Positions 9,554 to 20,742 of a stretch of 64,000 bases of DNA are shown here, one piece after another. The stretch covers positions 267,413-331,412 of the forward strand of contig CAXBIF010000001.1 of the NCBI GenBank assembly GCA_963975775.1. Direction: 5' to 3'. Source of the stretch: an uncultured Herminiimonas sp. (GTDB taxonomy: Bacteria; Pseudomonadota; Gammaproteobacteria; Burkholderiales; Burkholderiaceae_D). Each line of letters begins with the position of its first letter. Position 1 is the first letter of the stretch. The notes under the pieces were generated by a model, which was not told the origin of the DNA, made no database searches, and saw only the letters and a list, made by a program, of their open reading frames with translations. The position numbers were made by a program, and so were the translations under genes.

Positions 9554-12418
9554 TTATGCAGCCGCTTTTTTCTGCTTCAGCAAAGGCCCCAAATATTTTC
9601 CAGTAAAGCTGGCAGGATTTTTTGCCAAATCTTCCGGCGTACCGCTACCTATAATTTGTCCGCCGCCCGCGCCACCTTCTGGGCCCATATCAATCAGCCA
9701 GTCAGCGGTTTTGATGACGTCCAAATTGTGCTCGATGATGACGACGGTGTTGCCTTGATCGCGCAGACGATGAATTACTTTTAGCAATAAATCGATATCG
9801 TGGAAGTGCAAGCCGGTGGTTGGCTCATCCAGGATATACAAGGTGCGGCCGGTGTCGCGCTTCGACAATTCCAGCGACAGTTTGACGCGCTGCGCTTCGC
9901 CACCTGACAGTGTGGTGGCGCTTTGGCCGAGGCGGATGTAGCCGAGTCCAACGTCGAGTAGCGTTTGCAGTTTGCGCGCAATTACTGGTACCGGTTTAAA
10001 GAAAACGTGCGCTTCTTCTACCGTCATCTGCAGCACTTCGGTGATGTTTTTTCCCTTGTACTGGATCTCCATGGTTTCGCGGTTGTAGCGATTGCCGTGG
10101 CAGACGTCGCACGGTACATAGACGTCCGGCAAAAAGTGCATCTCAACCTTGATCACGCCATCGCCCTGACAAGCTTCGCAACGACCGCCTTTGACGTTGA
10201 ACGAGAAACGTCCTGCGGAATAGCCGCGTTCTTTGGATGCGGGTACGGTGGCAAACAGATCGCGTATCGGTGTGAATAAGCCGGTGTAGGTTGCAGGATT
10301 GGAGCGTGGGGTACGACCGATTGGTGCTTGATCGACCGAGATCACTTTGTCGAAATGTTCGAAGCCGCTGATCGTGTCATGCGCCGCCGGTTCTGCTTGC
10401 GAGCCGTAAAGATGGCGCGCTGCTGCGTGATACAAAGTGTCGTTAACCAAGGTTGATTTGCCGGAGCCTGAGACGCCAGTGACGCAGGTCAGCAAGCCGA
10501 CTGGTAGTTCCAAGGTAACGTTCTTTAAATTGTTGCCGCTCGCGCCCGTAATGACGAATTGTTTTTTCGGGTTTGGTGGCGTGCGTTTTGGCGGTACTGC
10601 GATGCCGAGCGTACCGTTTAGATATTTTGCCGTCAGCGATTTTTTGCTTTTTAAAATATCGGCCAGCGTACCTTCTGCGATTACTTCGCCACCATGCACG
10701 CCCGCACCGATACCCATGTCGACCACGTAATCAGCGCAACGGATCGCGTCTTCATCATGCTCAACCACTAGCACGCTGTTGCCGATGTCGCGCAGATGTT
10801 TGAGCGTCTCGATCAATCTGTCGTTATCGCGCTGATGCAAGCCGATTGATGGTTCGTCGAGTACGTACATGACGCCAGTTAAGCCCGAGCCGATTTGCGA
10901 GGCTAGGCGTATGCGTTGCGACTCGCCGCCGGATAAACTATCGGCGCTGCGATCCAGCGACAGATAATCAAGCCCAACGTTATTGAGGAAGGTCAGGCGC
11001 GAAATAATTTCTTTGACGATGCGATCGGCGATTTCTTTTTTTGCGCCGGTCAATTTCAAGGTCTCAAAAAACTCTAATGTCTGACGTAATGGTGTGGCCG
11101 CGACTTCATAAATTGCACGTTGCTGTTTACCGCTACCGACTTTGACGTAACGCGCTTCGACGCGTAGACGCGCACCATCGCAGCTAGGGCACCCTTTTTC
11201 ATTGATGAACTTGGCGAGTTCTTCGCGCACTGCCGTCGAGTCGGTTTCGCGATAGCGACGTTGCAGATTGTTGACCACGCCTTCAAACTCGTGCTCGCGA
11301 ATCACGGTACGGCCTTTTTCATTCACATACTGGAATGGAATCTTTTGTTTGCCTGAGCCAAAAAGCACGGCTTGTTGCGCATTCTCTGGCAGTTTTTCAA
11401 ATGGCGTGTCGATGTCGAACGCATAAAATTCAGCAAGACTGGTCAGCATCTGAAAATAAAACTGGTTGCGTCTATCCCAGCCTTTGACCGCGCCGCTGGC
11501 GAGCGATAGATTTGGGAAGGCGACGATACGCTTGGGGTCAAAAAACTCGATATGACCAAGACCGTCGCACTCCGGACACGCGCCCATCGGATTGTTGAAT
11601 GAGAACAAGCGCGGCTCTAATTCTTGCAATGAATAGCCGCACACTGGGCAAGCAAATTTGTTGGAGAACAGATGCGTCACTTCGCTATCCATTTCTACTG
11701 CGAGCGCACGTCCGTCGGCGAGTCTTAATGCCGTTTCAAAACTTTCAGCTAATCGTTGCTTGATGTCGGCCTTGACCTTGATGCGGTCGACCACGACATC
11801 GATCGTGTGTTTTTCAGTTTTCTTTAATTTTGGCAGCGCGTCGACATCATAGATGTGCGCATTGCCGGTACCGCTCTGCACGCGAAAGCGCACAAAACCT
11901 TGTGCCTGCATTTGTTCAAACAAATCCAGATGCTCGCCTTTGCGATTGGCAACCACCGGCGCCAAGATCATTAACTTGGTATCTTCTGGCATCGCTAATA
12001 CGGTATCGACCATTTGCGATACCGATTGCGCAGCCAGCGGCTTCTCTGGATGATCGGGACAATACGGTGTACCAACGCGCGCATACAGCAGACGTAGATA
12101 ATCGTGAATCTCGGTGACGGTACCGACGGTGGAGCGTGGATTGTGTGAGGTTGCCTTTTGCTCAATCGAGATCGCTGGCGACAAGCCTTCAATCAAATCG
12201 ACGTCCGGTTTTTCCATCAGCTGCAAAAACTGTCGCGCATAGGCGGACAAGGATTCGACGTAGCGACGCTGGCCTTCCGCATACAGCGTGTCGAAGGCGA
12301 GCGAGGATTTGCCAGAGCCGGATAAGCCGGTTATCACAATCAATTGATTGCGCGGTAAATCGAGATTGATATTTTTGAGGTTGTGCGTACGCGCACCTCG
12401 AATGCGAATTTGTTCCAT
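9554..12418 (-). CDS. uvrA: Excinuclease ABC subunit A
   Basis: [14 protein letters not shown], two ABC modules, zinc fingers CPVC/CPEC and CEAC/CDVC. Confidence 0.99.
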   Translation of the reverse strand: MEQIRIRGARTHNLKNINLDLPRNQLIVITGLSGSGKSSLAFDTLYAEGQRRYVESLSAYARQFLQLMEKPDVDLIEGLSPAISIEQKATSHNPRSTVGTVTEIHDYLRLLYARVGTPYCPDHPEKPLAAQSVSQMVDTVLAMPEDTKLMILAPVVANRKGEHLDLFEQMQAQGFVRFRVQSGTGNAHIYDVDALPKLKKTEKHTIDVVVDRIKVKADIKQRLAESFETALRLADGRALAVEMDSEVTHLFSNKFACPVCGYSLQELEPRLFSFNNPMGACPECDGLGHIEFFDPKRIVAFPNLSLASGAVKGWDRRNQFYFQMLTSLAEFYAFDIDTPFEKLPENAQQAVLFGSGKQKIPFQYVNEKGRTVIREHEFEGVVNNLQRRYRETDSTAVREELAKFINEKGCPSCDGARLRVEARYVKVGSGKQQRAIYEVAATPLRQTLEFFETLKLTGAKKEIADRIVKEIISRLTFLNNVGLDYLSLDRSADSLSGGESQRIRLASQIGSGLTGVMYVLDEPSIGLHQRDNDRLIETLKHLRDIGNSVLVVEHDEDAIRCADYVVDMGIGAGVHGGEVIAEGTLADILKSKKSLTAKYLNGTLGIAVPPKRTPPNPKKQFVITGASGNNLKNVTLELPVGLLTCVTGVSGSGKSTLVNDTLYHAAARHLYGSQAEPAAHDTISGFEHFDKVISVDQAPIGRTPRSNPATYTGLFTPIRDLFATVPASKERGYSAGRFSFNVKGGRCEACQGDGVIKVEMHFLPDVYVPCDVCHGNRYNRETMEIQYKGKNITEVLQMTVEEAHVFFKPVPVIARKLQTLLDVGLGYIRLGQSATTLSGGEAQRVKLSLELSKRDTGRTLYILDEPTTGLHFHDIDLLLKVIHRLRDQGNTVVIIEHNLDVIKTADWLIDMGPEGGAGGGQIIGSGTPEDLAKNPASFTGKYLGPLLKQKKAAA

Positions 12419-12631
12419 TTACTCTTTCAGCGTTTGGATGCGTCCGCTGCCAACATCCTTTCGTGGAGACCGTCGGCAGGTAGGATGGGTCAACCTGCTA
12501 CTATAACGGTTTTTTAAGGCGCGGTTTTTGCTGCTTTAGTTTTGCGATGCCGAAATGGGGCTATCTGCTGAAGCTGCCTTATAAATAAAATCGACAAAGC
12601 CACGTCTTTGTCTCAATCTTGCCGCGTTTTC

Positions 12632-13873
12632 ATGTCATCTAACCAATTGAACGAAATCGATCACAGCCTGGACGATGGCATGAGCCGCAGCGAAATTCGC
12701 GCCAGCGCATCGCTAGCGTCGATTTTTGCTTTGCGGATGCTGGGCCTGTTTCTGATCCTGCCGGTGTTCGCGGTCTACGCCAGCTCTTTGTCGGGCGGAC
12801 AGAATCTGACGCTGGTTGGGCTGGCGATGGGTATCTATGGTTTGACGCAGGCTTGCGGGCAAATTCCTTACGGCATCGCATCGGATCGTTTTGGGCGTAA
12901 ACCAGTGATTGTGATCGGCCTGATCGTATTTGCGTTTGGTTCGTTTATCGCCGCCGGTGCCGATAATATTGGATGGGTGATTGTTGGTCGCGCGGTGCAG
13001 GGCGCTGGCGCTATATCGGCAGCGGTGACGGCATTTATTGCCGACTCCACGCGCGAACAACACCGGACCAAGGCGATGGCGATGGTTGGCGCATCGATCG
13101 GCTTGACGTTTGCTGCGTCGATGGTGTTGTCGCCATTGTTATATCAACTGATAGGTATGGGCGGCATTTTTGCGCTGACTGGCGGTCTCTCACTACTCGC
13201 GATATTAGTCATCTTGTATGTGGTGCCGGCCGCGCCGGCGCTACCACCAGCGCGCGCCTCAATGCGCGAAGTGTTAAAAAACAGCGAGTTGGCGCGCTTG
13301 AATTACGGTGTGTTTGCACTACATGTAACGCAGATGGCGATGTTTGTGGTGATGCCGGCGGCGTTGATTAAGTTTGCGCATCTGCCATTGGCGCAGCACT
13401 GGCAGATCTATCTGCCAGTGGTCTTGCTGTCTTTTATATTGATGTTGCCGCCGATTTTTATCAGCGAGAAGCATGGCAAATCCAAACAAGTGTTTGTCGG
13501 TGCGATCGCTTTGCTGCTGTTGGTGCAGCTCGGCATGTGGTTTACGATGTCGCGAGACCAAGTGCATTGGATTTGGTTAGTCGGGCTGTTGCTGGCGTTT
13601 TTCGTCGCCTTCAATGTTTTGGAAGCGAGTCAGCCGTCGTTAGTGTCGCGGATCGCGCCACCAGCGGCCAAGGGCGCCGCGCTCGGCGTCTACAATACGT
13701 TGCAGGCCTTGGGCTTGTTTTGCGGTGGCGCGTTGGGCGGCTGGCTGGTTCAGCACGAAGGTTCAGCCTCCGTATTTATTCTTGGCGCGAGTTTGTCGTT
13801 TGTGTGGCTTATAATTGCAGCCACTATGCAAAACCTGCCGCGCCGTAACCATGTTCAAACGGCCGTCGCCTAG
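12632..13873 (+). CDS. MFS transporter (YajR-like)
   Basis: 12 TM segments, SDRFGRKPV motif A; between uvrA and ssb; start placed at ATG 12632. Confidence 0.88.
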   Translation: MSSNQLNEIDHSLDDGMSRSEIRASASLASIFALRMLGLFLILPVFAVYASSLSGGQNLTLVGLAMGIYGLTQACGQIPYGIASDRFGRKPVIVIGLIVFAFGSFIAAGADNIGWVIVGRAVQGAGAISAAVTAFIADSTREQHRTKAMAMVGASIGLTFAASMVLSPLLYQLIGMGGIFALTGGLSLLAILVILYVVPAAPALPPARASMREVLKNSELARLNYGVFALHVTQMAMFVVMPAALIKFAHLPLAQHWQIYLPVVLLSFILMLPPIFISEKHGKSKQVFVGAIALLLLVQLGMWFTMSRDQVHWIWLVGLLLAFFVAFNVLEASQPSLVSRIAPPAAKGAALGVYNTLQALGLFCGGALGGWLVQHEGSASVFILGASLSFVWLIIAATMQNLPRRNHVQTAVA

Positions 13874-13899
13874 CACATCAACCTCCGGAGAAAATATTT

Positions 13900-14385
13900 A
13901 TGGCATCAGTCAACAAAGTCATCATTGTCGGCAATCTTGGACGCGATCCGGAAACGCGCTATATGCCGAACGGTGATGCCGTCACCAATATTGCGGTCGC
14001 TACCACCGAAAGCTGGAAAGATAAAAATTCTGGCGAAAAGAAAGAAGTTACTGAATGGCATCGCGTTACTTTTTATCGCAAACTCGCTGAAATTGCCGGC
14101 CAGTATCTGAAAAAAGGTTCGTCGGTTTATATCGAAGGGCGTTTGCAAACGCGCAAATGGACCGATAAAGACGGCGTAGAACGTTACACCACTGAAATTA
14201 TCTCTGACTCTATGCAAATGTTGGGTGGCCGCCCAGGTGCTGGTGGCGGCAGCGCAGCGATGGACGACGATTACGGCAGCAGCGCGCCGGCTTCACGGCC
14301 AGCATCAGGTGGTGCTGCTAGACCAGCTGCGGCACCACGGCCAGCGGCCAACTTTAATGATATGGACGACGATATTCCGTTCTAG
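13900..14385 (+). CDS. ssb: Single-stranded DNA-binding protein
   Basis: [20 protein letters not shown] fold; acidic DDDIPF tail. Confidence 0.99.
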   Translation: MASVNKVIIVGNLGRDPETRYMPNGDAVTNIAVATTESWKDKNSGEKKEVTEWHRVTFYRKLAEIAGQYLKKGSSVYIEGRLQTRKWTDKDGVERYTTEIISDSMQMLGGRPGAGGGSAAMDDDYGSSAPASRPASGGAARPAAAPRPAANFNDMDDDIPF

Positions 14386-14418
14386 ATCGGATTTGATTTT
14401 TAAAAGCATCAAAAATGT

Positions 14419-14458
14419 AAAAAAACCCGCACAGCTCATGAAGCTGTGCGGGTTTTTT
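14419..14458 (+). terminator. Intrinsic terminator of ssb
   Basis: AAAAAAACCCGCACAGCT-CATGA-AGCTGTGCGGGTTTTTT. Confidence 0.9.
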
Positions 14459-14636
14459 ACATTTACTTAGCGCTACTGATGTTTGAGCGGCTTAATTCGA
14501 TGACCGGCTTTTAAAAACTCAGACGCAAATTGTCTGACGCAGAGTCAAGTTGTTTTCCTATGTTTGTGGTGATGCTTTTCTTGTAGTCTGAATTAACTGA
14601 TTTGATCCAGATTAATTTTGACTCTAGGAGATTGTT

Positions 14637-15212
14637 ATGCAAAAGAAATTCAACGTTTTGTTAAGTAGTATTGTTATTGCGTTTTCCGCTTCGGTCACTG
14701 CGCAAGCAGCCGATCAAACCATGATGCATGCCGATAAGGCAGACAGTGTCCACGCCACTAAAGCCGCTACTAAAAGTTCTGCGAACGCGGCAGATAAAGA
14801 AATGATGAATAAATTGGCGCAGGCTAATATGGGCGAAGTGGCGCTAGCGGAGCTGGCGAAAACCAAATCGACCGACAAAGAGGTGCTTAAATTTGCCGAC
14901 ACAATGATTGAGGATCATGGCAAGGCGCAAAATGCGTTGGCCGATGTTGCAAATAAATCGGATGTGGAACTGCCAAAGAAAACAGACCAAAAGCATGCGG
15001 ATCTGTTGAAAAAAATGCAGACTATGGATGGTGCTGCATTCGATAAAGCGTACAAGAGCCAAGCCGTTAAAGATCATGGCGATGCGCAAAAATTGTTGAA
15101 GAAGATTGCTTCAAATGCGAAGAGCGCTGATTTCAAAGCGTTAGCTAAAGAGCTGATGCCAACGATCGATCAGCATATGGAGATGGCCAAGGCGATGCAA
15201 TCGGCCAAATAA
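14637..15212 (+). CDS. Exported DUF4142 domain protein
   Basis: Signal peptide; ANMGEVALAELA...FADTMIEDH and DQHMEMAK patterns. Confidence 0.82.
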   Translation: MQKKFNVLLSSIVIAFSASVTAQAADQTMMHADKADSVHATKAATKSSANAADKEMMNKLAQANMGEVALAELAKTKSTDKEVLKFADTMIEDHGKAQNALADVANKSDVELPKKTDQKHADLLKKMQTMDGAAFDKAYKSQAVKDHGDAQKLLKKIASNAKSADFKALAKELMPTIDQHMEMAKAMQSAK

Positions 15213-15231
15213 AACAGACAAAAATAAAATA

Positions 15232-15261
15232 AAAAAAGCGCGATCTTTATCGCGCTTTTTT
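15232..15261. terminator. Bidirectional intrinsic terminator
   Basis: AAAAAAGCGCGAT-CTTT-ATCGCGCTTTTTT between convergent genes. Confidence 0.88.
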
Positions 15262-15331
15262 AATTGCTGTGTTCATTCTCTGTAAGGATTTAACGGCGCT
15301 TGAGTCCTCTGGAACTCAAATGCATGTGTTT

Positions 15332-16054
15332 TCACAGTAAATTTCGGACTCCGCATCCAACCGGACGTGATGTCCAAAACCTTGTGCACCACGCAGCAAT
15401 AAAAGCAGATGCCAGCACGTCGCTCGGGAAGTGCTCAAGCGTCAAAACGCGACAGAGACTTGTGAGAGCCGCCAACAACAGTAACGTCGAGCGCCACCTT
15501 GGTATGAGATGGGCAAGTACGCATGCCACTGCAAACGCCGTGAATGCGTGACTAGATGGGAACGAATTGAACGGAAATCCGAGGAACGGCGTGGCGAGGC
15601 CATATTGGTCGAATTCAAGAAGCATGCTTGGACGGGCGCGCGCCACGACTTGTTTGAGAATCAGAGTGATGAGTCCGCCCGTTAGTAAGGTGAGCAGCAT
15701 CAGAAGACTTCCATCTTTCGCTTGCTTGAATAAATGCCGCCACCGCGGCGGTACTGGTAATACTGACGCGACGCGACTTGCTGCATAAACGCTTAACGCA
15801 GAGATGGCAAAGAAATTTGCGTTGGCGATGCCGCTTACATCGCCGAAGAACGCAATGAGCGTTGGCTTCAATTGAGCATGAATAATCTTGATGATCGGTG
15901 CATCTAACCACATCACCAAAACTGCAAACGTTGTTGAGGCAGCAATGAGGTTGATGAGCGCTGCGCGATTGCGTAGGCCTGATGTGATTCTGTTCAATGT
16001 CTTAGGCTGCGCGACACTGCCAACACATTGGCTCAGCGAGTTCTTGTTGATCAT
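15332..16054 (-). CDS. PAP2-family membrane phosphatase (LpxE/LpxF-like)
   Basis: KQVVARARP, SFPSSHA, RVLTLEHFPSDV catalytic motifs. Confidence 0.88.
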   Translation of the reverse strand: MINKNSLSQCVGSVAQPKTLNRITSGLRNRAALINLIAASTTFAVLVMWLDAPIIKIIHAQLKPTLIAFFGDVSGIANANFFAISALSVYAASRVASVLPVPPRWRHLFKQAKDGSLLMLLTLLTGGLITLILKQVVARARPSMLLEFDQYGLATPFLGFPFNSFPSSHAFTAFAVACVLAHLIPRWRSTLLLLAALTSLCRVLTLEHFPSDVLASAFIAAWCTRFWTSRPVGCGVRNLL

Positions 16055-16242
16055 CGCTTAGGTCCCGACGGCTTTACGGATTTCCCTGCTAATGAACCTA
16101 TCAGATACAAAGAAAAGAGCGGAAGTCGTCGCTTGACGGCGGTATCGTTTTTGTCTGATTGAGGCTTGTCGATGCATGGCAGTGATCCGGTTTTAGCATG
16201 GTCTGCGTGCGATATAGCAGCACGGGGATTTCGTTTGTTCAT
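16051..16242 (-). CDS. Small hypothetical ORF (63 aa), possibly a gene remnant
   Basis: GGAGAA 6 nt before the ATG; stop overlaps PAP2 start (ATGA). Confidence 0.35.
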   Translation of the reverse strand: MNKRNPRAAISHADHAKTGSLPCIDKPQSDKNDTAVKRRLPLFSLYLIGSLAGKSVKPSGPKR

Positions 16243-16479
16243 CGTGAGTTCTCCAATTGAAATAACTTGAAATGAAATAAAGGCAGGCCTTCTGTTTTGC
16301 GCTATATGAACCTGTAGCGGATTCAGTTCGGCGAGAGAGATAGTGAGATATAGATGTTGCTGAGATGTCGCGATGCGCGTTAATACGCGCGACATCTTCG
16401 CGACAAAGACAGGGCAAAGTGCGGCAGGTCTGGCACTTCGCCAGCGACTTGCGCACTCTCATCACGAGGAAATTTACTT

Positions 16480-17274
16480 ATGAAGTCCAGATTTATTGTT
16501 ACCGCCGGTATGCTGTTGCTGTCGACGGCCATGAGCGCTTTTGCGCAACAAAATGCTGAGCATGGAGGAACACCAACTTGGAGGTTAGGTGTAGGCGCGA
16601 TCTCTAAAACGAGCGTCTATGCAGGAGAAGATTCAGACATCAAAGCAGTCCCATTACTGAACTACGAAAGTGATACCTTCTTTTTCCGCGCGATAAGTGG
16701 CGGTTATCATTTGTTGGACCAAGATGGTTTAAAGCTTGATGCAACTTTGGGTTTGAGACTCAATGGAGTTAACAAGGAAGATTTCGGCGTTGCAGAACTT
16801 GCCGCCAAGGGCATCAATCGTAATTTGTTGGAAGATCGTGACAACGGCCTGGATCTGGGAATTGCAGCGTCGTTTAGCGGGCACATGGGTGAGGTGGAAC
16901 TAGCATTGAAGATGGATGTGTCGGGAGCGAGCAAGGGCTTTGAGGCTTCAGCAAAGTATGGTTATCCAATACAGTTTGGAGCAACTTCGATTACGCCGAA
17001 TGTCTCCATCAGCCATTATTCGAAGAAGTTCGCGAACTACTATTACGGTACGCTCGACGCAGAAGTCGATCGAGGCGTAGTGAATTACAAACCAGGCAGT
17101 ACAGTTATTCCCAGTATTGGTGTTGCGGTGAGACGGCCATTCGCTGACAACTGGATGTTGATGGGTAACCTGTCTTATAGTGCGCTACCGAGCCGGATAA
17201 CCGACAGCCCAATTGTAGATAAGGACACCAGTGGCGTCACATCCGTATTTTTTGGCATCTCTCGGGGATTCTGA
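16480..17274 (+). CDS. MipA/OmpV family outer-membrane protein
   Basis: Signal peptide, YAGEDS...PLLNYES, YANYYYG-like segment, C-terminal aromatic residue (F). Confidence 0.88.
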   Translation: MKSRFIVTAGMLLLSTAMSAFAQQNAEHGGTPTWRLGVGAISKTSVYAGEDSDIKAVPLLNYESDTFFFRAISGGYHLLDQDGLKLDATLGLRLNGVNKEDFGVAELAAKGINRNLLEDRDNGLDLGIAASFSGHMGEVELALKMDVSGASKGFEASAKYGYPIQFGATSITPNVSISHYSKKFANYYYGTLDAEVDRGVVNYKPGSTVIPSIGVAVRRPFADNWMLMGNLSYSALPSRITDSPIVDKDTSGVTSVFFGISRGF

Positions 17275-17394
17275 ACAAGCTTGTTCACGTTTGACAAAGG
17301 TTGAGGGCCTTCGACCTTGTGCCGCTAGAACAGCAGACTGTACTTGTGGAATGAATCATGTTTTGCAAGCCCGCAGCAACTCCACGCAAAAAGG

Positions 17395-18108
17395 ATGGAA
17401 ATGGACATTATTAAAGGCCCGTTAAGTATCCTGATCGTCGAGGACAACGCGCCGATGGCGGCCAATATTTATGACTACCTCGAAGCATGTGGTCATAGAC
17501 CCAGTGCAGCTCCCGATGGAAGATCTGGTCTCGGCTTGCTACAAGTCAATCATTTCGATGCCATTGTCATGGACTGGATGATGCCACGCATGGACGGCTT
17601 GACGATGCTCACGCAGTTGCGGGATGAACTCAAGTCCAGGGTGCCGGTGATCATGCTCACCGCTAAAGATCAACTCGACAACAAGATGCAAGGTTTTGAG
17701 GCTGGCGCCGACGACTACCTCGTTAAACCTATTGCGCTGCCAGAACTCGAAATGCGCTTGCGGGTTCTGGTAACGCGAAGTCGCGCGGCACAAGCTCCTG
17801 GACAGGTTCTGGAAGTCGATAATTTACGCTTTAATTTAGAATCACTTGTCGTCACCCGGGGCGATCGCGAGTTGACGCTCTCTCCTATTAGAAGACAGAT
17901 ACTCGAGATATTGATGCGCCGCTCACCGCATATCGTTAGTCGTGAACATCTGGAATCGCAGATTTGGGGCGAGCGCGAGTTAGACAACGACATTTTGAGA
18001 TCGCATGTGCATCTGTTGCGCAAAGAGGTCGATGGCGATGGTGCGTCAAAACTTCTGCACACCGTGTTTGGTACGGGTTACAGCATTCGGTTACAAGATG
18101 TTGAATAA
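17395..18108 (+). CDS. OmpR-family response regulator
   Basis: LIVEDN, DWMMPRMDG, GADDYLVKP, winged-helix HTVFGTGY. Confidence 0.93.
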   Translation: MEMDIIKGPLSILIVEDNAPMAANIYDYLEACGHRPSAAPDGRSGLGLLQVNHFDAIVMDWMMPRMDGLTMLTQLRDELKSRVPVIMLTAKDQLDNKMQGFEAGADDYLVKPIALPELEMRLRVLVTRSRAAQAPGQVLEVDNLRFNLESLVVTRGDRELTLSPIRRQILEILMRRSPHIVSREHLESQIWGERELDNDILRSHVHLLRKEVDGDGASKLLHTVFGTGYSIRLQDVE

Positions 18109-19447
18109 AGGGCGCGTTTTTGATCTGCATTGGCGTATCAGCGCCCTCTTTGTCATCTTCGCCGTACTGTTGACGATAGGGGTCGTAGGGCAAGCCATAT
18201 TCAGCCAATTATTGATTAATCATGCTTTGTGGGGACAGATACTTGAATCGACCACAAATCATCATATTGCGAATAGTACAGGTGCGAATTCGGCTCTCTT
18301 ACCAACGCAGGGGCCGTACAGAGGTTGGCACCTTAAGAATGACGCTCCTTTGCCTGCGGACATGCCTGCATTTCTTTCCAAACTTCCTAACGGATCGTAT
18401 AGCGAAGACGATCTGGATGACTATGAAGGTTATGACGGATCCTCACACTATGCCGCGTTCGTCACACAAACTTCGGATGGACGCGTAATTTCGGTAATTG
18501 ACATGACTGGAATCGAAAACTTGCAAGATAGCGTGGCGATCGCAAGTATCCTTTTTGTATTGGTTAATCTTTTATTGGTAGGCGCTACGATCTTCTGGCT
18601 GTACCGCAGTCTACGTAAACCAGCGCGGCATCTTGCACAAAAAATGGAAGCTCTTGATCCGGAGCAGCCGTCGCAGAGGCTGTCGGTTGAATACCCACAG
18701 GGAGAGCTTCATGATATTGCTGTGCAGGCTAATCTCCATCTGGAGCGGGTTGAGCGCTTTATAGAGCGCGAGCGAAGTCTGCTCGATCAAGCTAGTCATG
18801 AATTTCGTACACCGATTGCCGTTATCAGTGGCGCTGTAGATGTGTTGACAAAGCAAGCTCTTCCCGAGCAAGCGCACAGCCCGCTGGAAAGGATACGCGG
18901 TACGGTTGAAAGTCTCACCGAAACCATGAGCGCCCTTCTTTATTTGTCGCGTGAGCCAGACAGCAATCCAAAGGTGGAGCACAGCCCGGTCGACGTCATA
19001 TTGCAACAGCTTATTCAAGATCACGAGCATCTTCTTGCCTTCAAATCGGCACAATTCGTACTAGCTGAGTGCGTCAGCTTATCTGTCAACGCGCCAGAAG
19101 CGATGGTCAGAATCGTGATTGCCAATCTTCTCAGGAATGCCGCCGAAAATTCCCAGAAGGGTGACGTTACTATCAGCCTTACTCCAAAAGGACTTCGTGT
19201 GATTGATGCGGGTGTTGGCTTTGACTCAGAGGAAGTCTTGCGCAGCTATCGTGAGGCCCTAAAAAGTTCAATGAAGCCAGGTGGCGGGCGTGGCTTAGGC
19301 TGGTTCCTGACAAAACGAATCTGTGAACGTTACAAATGGTCCTTAAGCATTTCATCGTCGGCGGACAAGGGTGCGGTTGTTGAGATTGCCTTTAACGGGG
19401 GCGAGGAATTCTCTATGAGGCCAATTAGCAACGTGCATATGCTTTAA
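18098..19447 (+). CDS. Sensor histidine kinase
   Basis: Two TM helices, H-box ASHEFRTP, N-box NLLRNA, G-boxes DAGVG and GRGLG; start overlaps the regulator stop. Confidence 0.92.
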   Translation: MLNKGRVFDLHWRISALFVIFAVLLTIGVVGQAIFSQLLINHALWGQILESTTNHHIANSTGANSALLPTQGPYRGWHLKNDAPLPADMPAFLSKLPNGSYSEDDLDDYEGYDGSSHYAAFVTQTSDGRVISVIDMTGIENLQDSVAIASILFVLVNLLLVGATIFWLYRSLRKPARHLAQKMEALDPEQPSQRLSVEYPQGELHDIAVQANLHLERVERFIERERSLLDQASHEFRTPIAVISGAVDVLTKQALPEQAHSPLERIRGTVESLTETMSALLYLSREPDSNPKVEHSPVDVILQQLIQDHEHLLAFKSAQFVLAECVSLSVNAPEAMVRIVIANLLRNAAENSQKGDVTISLTPKGLRVIDAGVGFDSEEVLRSYREALKSSMKPGGGRGLGWFLTKRICERYKWSLSISSSADKGAVVEIAFNGGEEFSMRPISNVHML

Positions 19448-19630
19448 CTGATGTTGTATGTGCCGTGACATGAGCAACTTGGGCAAAACATATTTGTTGG
19501 TTTCGAATTTGTCGAAGACTAACGCTTCGCCATGCCGGAGTATTTATAGTGGTACTAAATAGCATATGAACTGAAGGGAACGACAGCGGCGACCATCTGG
19601 TCTCTATTTAATTAATATTAAAAAAGGGGG

Positions 19631-20251
19631 ATGTATATGGGAACCATCTTGGGTAAGGATGCGAGCAGCCTAGCGGTCCAGTTAATCGAAGAACAGTTGC
19701 AAATGCTCCCAGTGGCGATTGCGACCATCTTGCGCCCCACAGAAATTAGCGATGTGGATCCTGAGTTGGTGCGGCGCATGCTGAAGCGCAAGGAGATTTT
19801 GCCGAAAACCGGTTCGGCTGGCAATATCGTTGCGCGTTATGCGGATGCCGATAACATTCTCGATTTTGCGGCGTCCAATAAAGCACTGCACGGCGATGAA
19901 CAACGGCAACAACGTTTTCTCCGTATGATCATCAGCAATGCGATTTTGGCGGTCGGGATGTTTTTCCGCGAGCATGAAATGTCGCAAGTGCGTATTCCTG
20001 AGGTACAGTTTTTAGGGCGGGTAGTTGATGCGATCCTTAATTTGAATACTTTCCAGATTGACACCGATTACATCCCGAAAGCGGCATTTGATGGTTTGGT
20101 GATTGATGACAGTTTGAACGGCTCGCCGGTATTTGGCGATGGAAATGGCGCCGGTTTGATGGAGTTTGGCGATGGTGTCGCGCTGTTGCAATATCTGTCA
20201 CGTTATTTGCGCGGCGAGAAAAACTTTGTAAGCGGCGGTGACGCCGGCTAA
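19631..20251 (+). CDS. Hypothetical protein (206 aa)
   Basis: Long ORF behind an A/G-rich RBS; no confident family. Confidence 0.7.
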   Translation: MYMGTILGKDASSLAVQLIEEQLQMLPVAIATILRPTEISDVDPELVRRMLKRKEILPKTGSAGNIVARYADADNILDFAASNKALHGDEQRQQRFLRMIISNAILAVGMFFREHEMSQVRIPEVQFLGRVVDAILNLNTFQIDTDYIPKAAFDGLVIDDSLNGSPVFGDGNGAGLMEFGDGVALLQYLSRYLRGEKNFVSGGDAG

Positions 20252-20742
20252 TTGGGAGTGGCGAATGCTACCCCAGCCTGCTGCGTCCTAGTGGCGGGCT
20301 GCTTCACTTCACATAAATACGAACGTGCTTAGTACAATTCCGTATTTGAAATATCTCTTTAAAGTTCTACACTTCCATCGCTGACGTATTGAGCTTGCTT
20401 AAGCTGTGCTTGCGACAAAGACAACACGATAAATAGCTTTCACGAACCCCCTTGTTAATGAGCAGGCATTAAATGATTTAATGCTCATCATCGGATGCAG
20501 GTGCGGATGCGACCCAGCACGATGAAAATGTGTTGTTTAAGCTTCGTTTTAAGCTTCGGTTAATAAAATTATTTCACAAATCCGCCACTTTTGTTGTTGT
20601 CCTGCATTAATATTCTAGAATGCAGTTCACAAAATTTTACATTTCCACGATGTGGAATTTACGATTTGAATTTTCGGTTTGTTGACAGTATGTTGGTGGG
20701 CATTTGTATTATTGCGGTGCGTATAACTAATCCATAAAAAGC

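Noticed and set aside
12419-12631. LexA box (CTGT-N8-ACAG) upstream of uvrA
   Set aside because: No matching site found by eye here or before ssb.
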